Assembly (NCBI GenBank): GCA_030654155.1
Contig: JAURYA010000094.1
Coordinates: 1-61,618, forward strand
Source: Sulfurimonas sp.
Lineage (GTDB): Bacteria; Campylobacterota; Campylobacteria; Campylobacterales; Sulfurimonadaceae
DNA length: 61,618 nucleotides
Direction: 5' to 3'
Position 1 is the stretch's first letter. Every line of letters starts with the position of its first letter. Of the stretch, positions 48,168-58,055 are shown one piece after another. A program made the translations under genes and the position numbers. The notes below the pieces were generated by a model. The model had not been told where the DNA came from and made no database searches. It saw only the letters and a program-made list of their open reading frames with translations.

Positions 48168-48875
48168 ATGAATGACAAAGTCTTTACAAAACCGATAAAA
48201 AAACAGTTTGAATTTGATGAAGAGGTTGCTGCTGTCTTTGATGACATGCTACAAAGAAGCGTACCGTTTTACAAAGAGTCACAAAAGATTACGGAGTTTT
48301 TTGCGCTTAAACAGTTGGAAAATGGCGGGATAGCTTATGATTTAGGCTGTTCTACCGCAACACTTCTTATAAATATAAGCAGAAAACTCTCAAATAGGGC
48401 AACTCTCGTAGGACTTGATAACTCTGAGGCGATGCTGGAGCAAGCTAGAAAAAAGTGCGAAGCATTTAAGGCGGATATAGAGCTCAAAAACGCAGATATA
48501 CTTGAGTATGACTATAAAGAGGCAGACCTCTTCATCAGCAATTATACGCTTCAGTTTATCCGACCTCTTATCCGCGAGGAGCTTGTTAAAAAAATATCTG
48601 CCTCACTGAAAAAAGATGGACTTTTTATATTTAGTGAAAAGGTTATAAGTCATCACTCAAAATTGAATAAAGATTTGATTGAGTGCTACTATGACTTCAA
48701 AAAAGAGCAGGGCTACTCAGAGTATGAGATAATGCAAAAAAGAGAAGCGCTGGAGAATGTTTTGGTGCCATACAGCGAAGATGAAAATATAAAAATGGCT
48801 AAAAACTGCGGTTTTTCACACTGTGAGGTAGTATTCCGCTGGGCAAATTTCGCCACTTTCATAGCTATAAAATAA
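48168..48875 (+). CDS. cmoA: Carboxy-S-adenosyl-L-methionine synthase
   Basis: F.FDE.VA.VFDDM..RSVP.Y, YDLGCS, DNS.AM, NYTLQF, SEK, FK..QGYS..EI.QKR.ALENVL. Confidence 0.95.
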   Translation: MNDKVFTKPIKKQFEFDEEVAAVFDDMLQRSVPFYKESQKITEFFALKQLENGGIAYDLGCSTATLLINISRKLSNRATLVGLDNSEAMLEQARKKCEAFKADIELKNADILEYDYKEADLFISNYTLQFIRPLIREELVKKISASLKKDGLFIFSEKVISHHSKLNKDLIECYYDFKKEQGYSEYEIMQKREALENVLVPYSEDENIKMAKNCGFSHCEVVFRWANFATFIAIK

Positions 48876-48968
48876 AATCGCTTCATATTTCGTCGTTGTT
48901 TTTTCTCGATGTACTGCAGTACATCTTTAAAAAAACGCCTAGAACTATTTTGCGATTTTAATTTATAG
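48865..48968. repeat. 104 bp nested palindromic element overlapping the cmoA stop
   Basis: CTATAAAATAAAATCGC / GCGATTTTAATTTATAG (16 of 17 complementary) enclosing the perfect palindrome GATGTACTGCAGTACATC (48908-48925). Confidence 0.75.
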
Positions 48969-49013
48969 AATTTTTGTCAATCGCATAAAACTGTTTTGTA
49001 TTTTCCACTTAGA

Positions 49014-49122
49014 TTTCATTGCTATACGAAGTGAACGATTCTGCAACGGAAGGGTCAAATCTAGTAGTTCTAGATTTGGGGTACCCACCGTGAAGCCTTA
49101 GTGAACGAGTATGGTTATGAAA
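49014..49122. repeat. ~109 bp rod-like palindromic element or structured RNA
   Basis: Nested stems TTTCAT/ATGAAA, GCTATAC/GTATGGT, ACGG/CCGT, GGGT/ACCC, CAAATCTAG-tagtt-CTAGATTTG; direct repeat AGTGAACGA in both arms. Confidence 0.7.
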
Positions 49123-49144
49123 GGACTCTTTGATAGAAACCCCT

Positions 49145-49387
49145 TCACCAAACATTCCCTTTTGGCTTCTCTTCTTCTGCTCCGACAACATAGTCGACTA
49201 CTTTGTCTGTTTTTTTGCCGAGCTCTTCATATGTGATAATATCATCCTTTCCGCACTCTTTATGGTAGTAACCTTGGATGTCGTAGTACTCTTTGCAGTC
49301 GCTATAATATTTAGCTGAAATTCCGTGTTTATTAAAACATGCCGAAAATAGGAACAGTGGTAAAATAAGTAATAAATATTTTGTCAT
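49145..49387 (-). CDS. Small lipoprotein
   Basis: Lipobox LFSAC; CKEYYD..GYYHKEC; start at ATG 49387 or TTG 49399. Confidence 0.8.
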   Translation of the reverse strand: MTKYLLLILPLFLFSACFNKHGISAKYYSDCKEYYDIQGYYHKECGKDDIITYEELGKKTDKVVDYVVGAEEEKPKGNVW

Positions 49388-49422
49388 AACTCTCTTCAAG
49401 CAAATACCAATCCAATTTTACC

Positions 49423-50064
49423 TCAAACTTTAAAACTCTCTTTTGTTTTGCAGTAAGAGGTTAAAAAACACTCATCGCATTTTGGGCTTTTTGCTTTGCA
49501 GATGTAGCGCCCAAACAGCACCATTCCTTGATGAAGCGTACGGAGATTGTTTTTAAATTTTTTAACAAGCGTCGCTTCTGTTTTAATGGCGGTTGAGTCA
49601 TCGCTAAGACCAAGACGGTGTGAAACACGAAATACATGTGTGTCAACTGCCATTAAATTGGCCCCTGTGTACTCTATCATTACTACATTTGCGGTTTTTT
49701 GTCCAACACCCCCGAGAGTAACTAGCTCTTTTTCATCCATGGGAATCTCGCCGCCATATGCCTCTGTTACTCTTTTTGCCATCGCTATTAAATTTTTTGC
49801 TTTATTGTTGAAAAATGAACAACTGTTAATAAGTTCTTTTACCTCTTTTATATCTGCCTCTGCCAAGGCTTTTGGGTTTGGATATTTTTCAAACAGAGCC
49901 GGCGTGATTATATTTACCCTCTTATCCGTGCATTGGGCTGAGAGCGCAACTGCTACAACCAACTCGTAGGCATTTTTATACTCAAGTTCAGTTACCGCAT
50001 CGCTGTATCTATCAATAAAAAGTTGATGAATCTCTTTTATTTCTTCTTTTGTGGCTTTTTTCAT
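49423..50064 (-). CDS. nth: Endonuclease III
   Basis: LSAQCTD, HhH L.GVG.KTANV, AVDTHV.RVS.RLG, C-X6-C-X2-C-X5-C Fe-S motif. Confidence 0.97.
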   Translation of the reverse strand: MKKATKEEIKEIHQLFIDRYSDAVTELEYKNAYELVVAVALSAQCTDKRVNIITPALFEKYPNPKALAEADIKEVKELINSCSFFNNKAKNLIAMAKRVTEAYGGEIPMDEKELVTLGGVGQKTANVVMIEYTGANLMAVDTHVFRVSHRLGLSDDSTAIKTEATLVKKFKNNLRTLHQGMVLFGRYICKAKSPKCDECFLTSYCKTKESFKV

Positions 50065-50149
50065 GGCAGAATTATATATAAAATGCTCCTTGTTTAATAA
50101 TCATTAGTATTAACAAACTAAAATTTTTATAATTAAATAAGGAAGCGTA

Positions 50150-50980
50150 ATGAAAGCAGTAACAAAATTAGTATCGTCTTTGGCGATTTTATCAACTATA
50201 TCAATGGCACAAACACTCGTAACGGTAAACGGAACCGCTGTTACTCAACAAGATGTTGATAGAGAACTTATGACGGCGACACAGGGTAGATTTAACCAAG
50301 TTCCGACAGAAAAGCAAGCAGAGTTTAGAAAACAAGTTCTAGAGCAGTTAGTTGCTAAAGAGTTGGTTTATGACGATGCAAAAAAAACAGGCGTATTGAC
50401 ATCAAATGAGTACAAAGCAAAATATGAAGAAGTGACAGAGAGAATAAAAAAAGAGATCGCTATTCAGGTTTGGCAAAAAAGAGAAGTAGATAAGATTGCT
50501 ATTTCAGATGCTGAGTTGAAAAAATATTATGAGTCAAATAAAGAAGAATTTATTGAAAATGACAGTGTTAACGCACGTCATATACTTGTAGAGAAAGAGG
50601 CTGACGCAAAGAGTATTATTGCTCAGCTTAAGCCGTTAAAGGGAGATGCTCTTAAAAACAAATTTATTGAAATTGCAAAAGCAAAATCAACATGTGCGAG
50701 TGCTTCTGAAGGTGGAGATTTAGGTTACTTTACAGCGGGTCAAATGGTACCTGCGTTTAATGACAAAGCATTTTCTATGAAAGTTAAAGAGTTTACTACC
50801 GAGCCTGTAAAGACTCAATTTGGATACCATGTAATCTATATTGAAGATAAAAAAGCAAAAACAGCAAAGAGTTTTCCTGACGTAAAACCGTTTATTGAGC
50901 AAAGACTTAAAATGGAAAAAGCAAAAGCTGTTATGTTGACAAAAATGAAAGAGCTAGAGAAAAAAGCAGTAATCAAGTAA
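50150..50980 (+). CDS. Periplasmic parvulin-type PPIase/chaperone (PEB4/Cbf2-like)
   Basis: Signal peptide, ARHILV, GGDLGYF...QMVP.F, PVKTQFGYHVI. Confidence 0.92.
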   Translation: MKAVTKLVSSLAILSTISMAQTLVTVNGTAVTQQDVDRELMTATQGRFNQVPTEKQAEFRKQVLEQLVAKELVYDDAKKTGVLTSNEYKAKYEEVTERIKKEIAIQVWQKREVDKIAISDAELKKYYESNKEEFIENDSVNARHILVEKEADAKSIIAQLKPLKGDALKNKFIEIAKAKSTCASASEGGDLGYFTAGQMVPAFNDKAFSMKVKEFTTEPVKTQFGYHVIYIEDKKAKTAKSFPDVKPFIEQRLKMEKAKAVMLTKMKELEKKAVIK

Positions 50981-50984
50981 TTTT

Positions 50985-51836
50985 ATGCACTCTCCTATAT
51001 CTAAAATAATTTTAGATGGGAGAGTTTTTTATGTTAAAAGAGATGATCTTATAGACCCTTTTTTAGCAGGAAACAAATATCGCAAACTCTACACGCTTCT
51101 ACAAACTCCTCCAAATAAACTTAGTAAAATTATCTCTTATGGCGGAACACAATCAAATGCAATGTTGGCAATTGCCGCAATGTGCAAAAAGAAGGGTTGG
51201 GAGTTTGTATATTATACAAAACCTCTAAGCGATACTTTAAAAAATGAAAATAACGGCAATTTTTATCATGCAAAGAATCTTGGAATGATACATGTAGAAA
51301 TTGAGCAGCAGTTTTATAAAGATTTTATAGCCTCTTTGAGATTTAATCTTGATGAAAAAACATTTGTTATTGACCAAGGCGGAGCAGTGGAAGAGGCAAA
51401 GCTTGGGCTGGAAGTTTTAGCGGATGAGATAAGAGAGAGCGGCTTACATGTCAAATCTTTAGCCACTCCATCAGGAACCGGAACAACAGCTCTCTATTTG
51501 GCTCTTTGTTTACCAGAATACAGAGTCTATACAACACCATGCGTAGGCGACGCTGAGTATCTAAGAGAGCAGATGAGTGCGCTTCATGAGATACCAAAAA
51601 ATCTGACTATTTTAGAGCCGCAAAAAAAATATCATTTTGCAAAACCGTATAGAGAATTTTTAGAGATGCAGCAGAAGCTTTTGTCTGAGAGAGTCGAGTT
51701 TGACCTGATTTATGCACCAAGTCTTTGGATGTGTTTGATTGAGCAGACCGATGAAGAGGTTATGTACATACATAGCGGTGGTGTAAGCGGAAATGAGAGT
51801 ATGCTTGAACGCTACAAGCAAAAATTTTTTAAATAA
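50985..51836 (+). CDS. ACC deaminase / D-cysteine desulfhydrase family PLP enzyme
   Basis: VKRDDL....GNKYRKL, SYGG.QSN, SGTGTT, D..Y, IHSGG. Confidence 0.88.
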   Translation: MHSPISKIILDGRVFYVKRDDLIDPFLAGNKYRKLYTLLQTPPNKLSKIISYGGTQSNAMLAIAAMCKKKGWEFVYYTKPLSDTLKNENNGNFYHAKNLGMIHVEIEQQFYKDFIASLRFNLDEKTFVIDQGGAVEEAKLGLEVLADEIRESGLHVKSLATPSGTGTTALYLALCLPEYRVYTTPCVGDAEYLREQMSALHEIPKNLTILEPQKKYHFAKPYREFLEMQQKLLSERVEFDLIYAPSLWMCLIEQTDEEVMYIHSGGVSGNESMLERYKQKFFK

Positions 51837-52509
51837 TAAATGTCACATTCTCATTTAAATCAACTCTGCTTGGTCTGTATTCGTTGATTTTAGCATCTTT
51901 ATCTTCATATCCAAGGACTACACTATAAAGAAGAGCTAGATTTTCAGGAGCATCTAATACTTTTGCTACAACTTTTCCAAACTCTGTCGTTGAGCCTTGA
52001 GGGCAGCTGCTTAAGTCGAATTCCGCGGCAGAGAGCATAATACTCTGCATATATGCGCCGCAATCAATAAGTGCACCATGAGCATTCTCTATCATCGCCT
52101 TATCGGTGAAGACAAAAAATACAGTCTGCGCTCCAAACCATCTAAAGTTATCATGCCACATCTGAGTTCTTTTTTCTACATCTTTTCTATCTACGCCCAT
52201 TAAGCTATATAGACCTACACCAGTCTCTATTCTTCTTTTTTTATAAGGGGCTTTCCAGTTTAGCGGGTAGTACTGGATAAACTGGTCGTTTTCTACGCCG
52301 CTCTCCATCTTCTCTATAATTGCATCGCCAATATTTTTTAGAACCTCTTGATTGCTTATTGCATAGGTTATCCAAGGTTGCATATTTGCACCGCTTGGTG
52401 TCATTGCAGCGGCATCTAAAATCTTTTCTTGAATATCGCGGGGTACAGGCTTTGGCAGATATGCTCTTTTTGATGAGCGATTTTTAATTGCATTGATAAT
52501 TGTTGGCAT
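51829..52509 (-). CDS. Nitroreductase family protein
   Basis: I..RSS.R.Y, A..TPSG.N.QPW, F.A, D.G...Q..ML.A, LGY. Confidence 0.92.
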   Translation of the reverse strand: MPTIINAIKNRSSKRAYLPKPVPRDIQEKILDAAAMTPSGANMQPWITYAISNQEVLKNIGDAIIEKMESGVENDQFIQYYPLNWKAPYKKRRIETGVGLYSLMGVDRKDVEKRTQMWHDNFRWFGAQTVFFVFTDKAMIENAHGALIDCGAYMQSIMLSAAEFDLSSCPQGSTTEFGKVVAKVLDAPENLALLYSVVLGYEDKDAKINEYRPSRVDLNENVTFII

Positions 52510-52589
52510 TTTAGAAATCCTATAAATAATTTTGGAATTATATTACAAATAAAATTAAAATCACATATATGAAGCATGGACTAAATATA

Positions 52590-52620
52590 CTTGACAAGAA
52601 GTCACTCAACTTGCTATAAT
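52590..52620 (+). promoter_or_regulatory. clpB sigma70 promoter overlapped by a HAIR-like (HspR) operator
   Basis: TTGACA 52591-52596, 18-bp spacer, TGcTATAAT 52612-52620; CTTGAca-N7-ACTCAAc at 52590-52610 versus HAIR consensus CTTGAGT-N7-ACTCAAG. Confidence 0.75.
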
Positions 52621-52651
52621 ATTTGCATAAATAAAACTAAGGAATTTAAAA

Positions 52652-55228
52652 ATGAATGGTATATTTGAGAAATTAACAAATAATATGAGTGAATCAATTG
52701 AGTCGGCGGTGTCGCTGGCGTTGCATAATAAAAATCAAGAGGTAGAACCGGTACACTTTTTGTGGGCGCAGCTAACTAACTCGAACTCTGTACTAAATCA
52801 GATGTTCAACAAAATGAGTATTGACAAGGTCGCGATTGAACTAGATGTAAAAAGCCTAAGCGAGAAGTTGCCAAAATCGTCAACTATTTCAAAAGAGAAT
52901 ATTAAACTTTCAAGAAATTTTGTTCAAACCTTAGAAAACGGTATCGGACTTATGACAAAAAATGGAGACTCTTTTTTAGCGGTAGATACCTATATTTTAG
53001 CAAATATAAAGAGTGAACCGTTTTTTAGCCTATTGAAAAAATATATAGATATATCTGAGCTTGCTAAAAATATAGAAGCATCTCGCGGCAGTGCAAAAAT
53101 TAATTCTCAAAGCTCTGATGAAACGCTGGAGTCTTTGAAAAAATATGGAATAGATTTGACAATGGAAGCAAAAGAGGGCAAGCTCGCTCCGGTAATTGGA
53201 CGAGATGAAGAGATTACCCGTATGATGCAAATACTAATCCGCAAAACAAAAAACAATCCTATGCTTCTTGGTGAACCGGGGGTTGGTAAAACGGCTCTGG
53301 TTGAAGGACTTGCACAGAGAATCAGTGACGGCAAGGTTCCGACATCGCTTCAAAACAAAAAAGTAATTGCGCTTGATATGAGTGCGTTAATTGCCGGAGC
53401 AAAGTACAGAGGCGAGTTTGAAGACAGACTAAAAGCTGTAATAGATGAGGTTAAAAAGAGCGGTAACATCATACTTTTTATAGATGAGATTCATACAATT
53501 GTAGGAGCTGGGGCTAGCGAGGGGAGCATGGATGCCGCAAACATTCTAAAACCGGCTCTTGCTCGCGGAGAACTTCATACAATAGGAGCAACTACGCTCA
53601 AAGAGTATAGAAAGTATTTTGAAAAAGATATGGCTCTTCAGAGACGATTTTTACCTATAAATCTAAGTGAGCCGAGTGTAAATCAATCTCTGCAAATACT
53701 TCGAGGTATAAAAGAGAGGCTGGAAATTCACCATAATGTAACAATTACAGACAGTGCTTTAGTTGCGGCTGCAAAGCTCTCTGACAGATATATAGCAGAT
53801 AGATTCTTGCCTGATAAGGCAATCGACTTAATAGATGAAGCAGCAGCTGAGCTTAAGATGCAGATAGAATCAGAGCCGCATGCACTAAGCAATGCAAAGA
53901 TAAAAAAATCAGAGTTGCGTGTAGAGCAAGAGGCACTAAAAATGGAAGAGTCTCCTGCAAATACAAAACGACTTGAAGAGATTAAAAAAGAGTTAGCGGA
54001 TGTTGACGAGAAAGTTAGAAGTTTAGAAGCGCAATTTGCATATGAAAAAGAGGTATTTGGAAAAATATCAAGCATAAAAAATGAGATTGAAGCAAAAAGA
54101 AGAGAAGCACATGTAGCAAAAAGCACGTCGGAGTTTAACCGTGCGGCTGAGATAGAGTATGGAGAGATTCCGGCACTTTTAACTCAGGAAAAAGAGATTA
54201 CCGAGAATTGGGAAAAGCTTCAAAAAGAGGGAACGCTCCTAAAAAACAGCGTTGATGAGGAGTCTATAGCTTCCATTGTCTCTAGATGGACAGGTATTCC
54301 AGTTAAGAAGATGCTTCAAGCAGATAAAGATAAGATTTTAAATGTTGAAGATGAGTTAAACAAAGAAGTTATCGGTCAGAGCAAGGCTACACATGCAGTG
54401 GCACGTGCGATTAAAAGAAATAAGGCAGGGCTTTCAAGCGGCAATTCGCCAATAGGAAGTTTTCTATTTTTAGGACCGACCGGAGTTGGTAAAACTCAAA
54501 CTGCTAAAACTCTTGCGAAGTTTTTATTTGACTCTCCTGATGCCATGATACGAATAGACATGAGTGAATATATGGAAAAACATTCGGTCTCCCGTCTTGT
54601 CGGTGCGGCTCCAGGATATGTCGGATATGAAGAGGGCGGACAGCTGACTGAAGCAGTTAGAAGAAAACCATATAGTGTAATTCTTTTTGATGAGGTAGAA
54701 AAAGCTCATCCTGACGTATTTAACATCTTGTTGCAGGTTTTAGATGATGGAAGATTGACAGACAACAAGGGAGTTACCGTTGATTTTACAAATACTATTA
54801 TCATTTTAACTTCAAATATTGCAAGTGATAAAATAATAAACAATCCAGACTCAGAGGCGCTTCATGAGATGGTTTTGGGAGAGCTAAAGAAGTCGTTTAA
54901 ACCTGAATTTTTAAATCGTTTAGATGACATAGTTATATTTAATGGTCTTGGCCGTGAGCAGATAGTCGGAATTGTAGATATTTTCTTTGGCGATATTGCT
55001 AAAAAAGTTATTCAAAGAGATATAACATTGACTCTAAGCCAGAGCGCAAAAGCTTACATAGCGGAGGCTGGTTTTGATCCTGTTTATGGAGCTAGACCGC
55101 TTAAGCGTGCTTTATACGAGATAGTAGAAGATAGACTGGCAGAACTCATACTAGAGGGCAATGTTGTTGAGGGTTCACACGTTGATTTTGATTTTAAAGA
55201 CGGCGAGATAAAAGTAAAAATATCTTAA
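52652..55228 (+). CDS. clpB: ATP-dependent disaggregase ClpB
   Basis: Two AAA+ modules ([16 protein letters not shown]), KYRGEFE, coiled-coil M domain, GYVGY, GARPL. Confidence 0.96.
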   Translation: MNGIFEKLTNNMSESIESAVSLALHNKNQEVEPVHFLWAQLTNSNSVLNQMFNKMSIDKVAIELDVKSLSEKLPKSSTISKENIKLSRNFVQTLENGIGLMTKNGDSFLAVDTYILANIKSEPFFSLLKKYIDISELAKNIEASRGSAKINSQSSDETLESLKKYGIDLTMEAKEGKLAPVIGRDEEITRMMQILIRKTKNNPMLLGEPGVGKTALVEGLAQRISDGKVPTSLQNKKVIALDMSALIAGAKYRGEFEDRLKAVIDEVKKSGNIILFIDEIHTIVGAGASEGSMDAANILKPALARGELHTIGATTLKEYRKYFEKDMALQRRFLPINLSEPSVNQSLQILRGIKERLEIHHNVTITDSALVAAAKLSDRYIADRFLPDKAIDLIDEAAAELKMQIESEPHALSNAKIKKSELRVEQEALKMEESPANTKRLEEIKKELADVDEKVRSLEAQFAYEKEVFGKISSIKNEIEAKRREAHVAKSTSEFNRAAEIEYGEIPALLTQEKEITENWEKLQKEGTLLKNSVDEESIASIVSRWTGIPVKKMLQADKDKILNVEDELNKEVIGQSKATHAVARAIKRNKAGLSSGNSPIGSFLFLGPTGVGKTQTAKTLAKFLFDSPDAMIRIDMSEYMEKHSVSRLVGAAPGYVGYEEGGQLTEAVRRKPYSVILFDEVEKAHPDVFNILLQVLDDGRLTDNKGVTVDFTNTIIILTSNIASDKIINNPDSEALHEMVLGELKKSFKPEFLNRLDDIVIFNGLGREQIVGIVDIFFGDIAKKVIQRDITLTLSQSAKAYIAEAGFDPVYGARPLKRALYEIVEDRLAELILEGNVVEGSHVDFDFKDGEIKVKIS

Positions 55229-55244
55229 GAGGTTATAGCTTATT

Positions 55245-55598
55245 ATGAAATATATAATTTTAATTCTCTTTTTTGTGGTGTCAATTTTTGCCTGCACGGG
55301 TGATTGTATGTCGTGTCACCCAAAGCTTGTCCCAACAATAGATAAAGATTTAAGACACAAGCCGATGCTTACATGTATAAATTGCCATTTAGCAGATCCA
55401 AATAAGATGGCAGATTGCGGGGCTGACTGTTTCGGATGTCATCCAATGTCTAAGATATACAAAGCAAAAGTCAAAGAGCATGAGATAATTCAGGAGTGTA
55501 GAGATTGCCATGTTGGAGCCAAAGAGAAACTTTTTGATGTTGCAACATCGTTCAATCAATCGCATGTGGAGTCACTAAAAGATTATATTATCAGGTAA
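55245..55598 (+). CDS. Small exported protein with four CxxCH motifs (putative tetraheme cytochrome c)
   Basis: Hydrophobic signal; CMSCH, CINCH, CFGCH, CRDCH within about 70 residues. Confidence 0.75.
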   Translation: MKYIILILFFVVSIFACTGDCMSCHPKLVPTIDKDLRHKPMLTCINCHLADPNKMADCGADCFGCHPMSKIYKAKVKEHEIIQECRDCHVGAKEKLFDVATSFNQSHVESLKDYIIR

Positions 55599-55671
55599 AA
55601 AGATAACCTTAACCACGCTTTAAGTAACTTTTTTGTAACATTGCGGACTTAATTTAAAGAAGGATGTGTCT

Positions 55672-55806
55672 ATGAAAAGAACATACCAGCCTCATGGAAA
55701 ACCGAGAAAAACAACTCACGGTTTCAGATTGAGAATGTCAACAAAAAATGGCCGTCGTATAATTAACCGTCGTCGTGCTAAAGGTCGTAAAAAATTGTCA
55801 GTTTAG
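55672..55806 (+). CDS. rpmH: 50S ribosomal protein L34 (absent from the ORF track)
   Basis: Hand translation [44 protein letters not shown]; AAGGA Shine-Dalgarno. Confidence 0.98.
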   Translation: MKRTYQPHGKPRKTTHGFRLRMSTKNGRRIINRRRAKGRKKLSV

Positions 55807-56147
55807 GAAATTTCTATACACTAAAGCTTCATAAGGAGTTTCAGTATGTGTATAGAAAAGGAAAAGACGCCCATTCAAGTAGTGTTGTGCTGTTTTTTCT
55901 ACCCGCAAATGAAGTTCATAAAGTGGGATTTACGGCTACCAAAAAAATCGGTAACGCCGTAAAAAGAAACAGAGCTAAGAGAAGACTTAGAGCTCTATTT
56001 CTTGAATCTTCTTCTTCTCTTAAAGATGGCACATATATATTTGTAGCCAAACAAACAATCCATGAAACAACCCACCAAAAATTAAAAAGTGACTTTGAAA
56101 AAATTTTAAATCGCTTAGATGCAGTTAAGAAAAAATCGGATGATTAG
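55794..56147 (+). CDS. rnpA: Ribonuclease P protein component (start uncertain: ATT 55794 or GTG 55848)
   Basis: [26 protein letters not shown] motif; in-frame upstream [12 protein letters not shown] matches helix 1; position in rpmH-rnpA-yidD-yidC. Confidence 0.93.
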   Translation: MVSLGNFYTLKLHKEFQYVYRKGKDAHSSSVVLFFLPANEVHKVGFTATKKIGNAVKRNRAKRRLRALFLESSSSLKDGTYIFVAKQTIHETTHQKLKSDFEKILNRLDAVKKKSDD

Positions 56148-56466
56148 AATATTTTTACTCAAGCTGTTATGGCTTTATCAGAAGTTTTTTACCCTTATCG
56201 GATACGGGAGTTGTAGATATTACCCATCTTGCAGTGAATATGCAAGAATTAATTTCGAAAACAACTCCATTTCAAGTGCTTTTTACCACACTTCTACTAG
56301 AATACTGCGTTGTAATCAATTATTTGACGGCGGTATAGAGTATCCATTACTAGATAAACTGTCATTAAAGCCCGCAAAACTAGGGATTGGTTCTATAAAA
56401 TATTGGTTGGTTCCAAATAAAAAAAACCGTTTTTATATTATAAAAAACTTTTCATACAAAGGGTAA
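56140..56466 (+). CDS. yidD: Membrane protein insertion efficiency factor
   Basis: YQ, CRYYPSCSEY, RILRCN...GG..P. Confidence 0.93.
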   Translation: MIRIFLLKLLWLYQKFFTLIGYGSCRYYPSCSEYARINFENNSISSAFYHTSTRILRCNQLFDGGIEYPLLDKLSLKPAKLGIGSIKYWLVPNKKNRFYIIKNFSYKG

Positions 56467-56468
56467 AC

Positions 56469-58055
56469 GTGTTAGACAAAATGACACCAAATCAAAGATT
56501 ATTAGTAGCAGTAGTGCTTTCAGTACTATTCTTCGCAGCTTATACGGCAATTTTTCCGGCAGAACAGCCAGAAGTGGCAAAAACAAACACACAGATAGAG
56601 AGTGCACAAAAAGCACAAACTTCAAATCAGCCTCAAAGCTCAAAAATTGAAGAGGAGATAGTCGCGAACGATTTAAGCACTTTGGTAACTGTAAACAATA
56701 GTAAGTTCATACTTAAGCTGGACACGCTGGGTCGTATCTCTTCAAAAGTGTTGCTTCAAGATAAATATAATAACAAAGAAGATCAGCATGCAGAGCTGAT
56801 TCCGGCTACGGGAACTAAACCTCTTTTTGTTAGATTTTTAGATTCAAACTTAAACGAAGAAGCACTAAAAGTTGCATATACGGCAGATGTTTCTGAAATA
56901 TCATTAGAAGATAAGTCTCAAAAAGTTACTTTAACCCAAAAGTTATCTAATTTAACAGTTACTAAAGAGGTTACCTTCTATACGGATGGGCACTATGATG
57001 TAAAAATGTCACTATCTGATGATAAGAGACACTTTATATATTTAGGTCAAAGACCTGAAATCACTAAGCAGATGATGACAGTAACAGGTGCCATGGTTTA
57101 TACCGACAACGAGATAGTTACCATAATTGAAGACGGTGACGCAGAGGGGCGTAAAACATTCAGCGGGGTTGAGCTTATTTCTGCATTTGATCAATACTCT
57201 GCAACAATTATGTACGGATTTGCAAAAGAGACAAATATAATAATTGAGAGAGATAGAGAGAACAATCCTGTTATCTATTTTGAAGCTTTAAAAGATATCT
57301 CATTTAGCGGCTATATAGGGCAAAAAGAGTACAAAACTCTAGATAGTATAAATCCTGTTTTAACAAATGCGATAGAGTATGGATGGTTTACTTTTGCATC
57401 TAAGCCGCTTTTTCAGCTTCTATCATGGCTGCACGGCATTTTTGGCAACTGGGGTTGGTCTATTATAGCGCTTACCCTTTTGATAAGACTTGTTCTTTAT
57501 CCTCTGACATACAAAGGTATGATATCTATGCAGAAGATGAAGGATATCGCTCCGCTGGTTAAAGCGGCTCAAGCTAAGCACAAGGGCGATCCTCAGCGAA
57601 CAAATGCCGTTGTTATGGAACTGTACAAAAAGCATGGAGCAAATCCTCTTGGCGGATGTCTTCCGATGGTACTGCAAATCCCTGTATTTTTTGCAATCTA
57701 TCGTGTACTTTTAAATGCTGTTGAGCTTCAAGGCGCTCCATGGATGTTCTGGGTTAATGACCTTTCAAGAATGGATAACACGTTTGTTTTACCTATACTA
57801 ATGGGTGCTTCTATGTATTATCAACAAAAGCTTACTCCTAGCAACTTTACAGATCCTATGCAAGAGAAAATATTTAAATTTTTACCTATAATTTTTACAT
57901 TTTTCTTTGTAACATTCCCATCGGGTCTGGTTCTTTACTGGTTTGTAAACAACCTTTTCTCAATAGGACAGCAGTTTATTGTAAATCAGCAGTTCAAAAA
58001 TGCAAAAGATGCAGAGATAGCTGCTCATAAACATTTGGAGAAAAAAGATGATTAA
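56469..58055 (+). CDS. yidC: Membrane protein insertase
   Basis: YGWF, GNWG.SII.LT...R..LYPL, NPLGGCLP..LQIPVFFA.Y, PSGLVLYW..NN. Confidence 0.97.
   Translation: MLDKMTPNQRLLVAVVLSVLFFAAYTAIFPAEQPEVAKTNTQIESAQKAQTSNQPQSSKIEEEIVANDLSTLVTVNNSKFILKLDTLGRISSKVLLQDKYNNKEDQHAELIPATGTKPLFVRFLDSNLNEEALKVAYTADVSEISLEDKSQKVTLTQKLSNLTVTKEVTFYTDGHYDVKMSLSDDKRHFIYLGQRPEITKQMMTVTGAMVYTDNEIVTIIEDGDAEGRKTFSGVELISAFDQYSATIMYGFAKETNIIIERDRENNPVIYFEALKDISFSGYIGQKEYKTLDSINPVLTNAIEYGWFTFASKPLFQLLSWLHGIFGNWGWSIIALTLLIRLVLYPLTYKGMISMQKMKDIAPLVKAAQAKHKGDPQRTNAVVMELYKKHGANPLGGCLPMVLQIPVFFAIYRVLLNAVELQGAPWMFWVNDLSRMDNTFVLPILMGASMYYQQKLTPSNFTDPMQEKIFKFLPIIFTFFFVTFPSGLVLYWFVNNLFSIGQQFIVNQQFKNAKDAEIAAHKHLEKKDD

Noticed and set aside
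49009-49318. ORFs 49009-49191 (-) and 49130-49318 (+)
   Set aside because: They overlap the lipoprotein gene and the palindromic element and have no recognisable motif; probably spurious.
55599-55671. Replication origin next to rpmH
   Set aside because: No dnaA/dnaN adjacent and no DnaA-box cluster in this 73-bp spacer.
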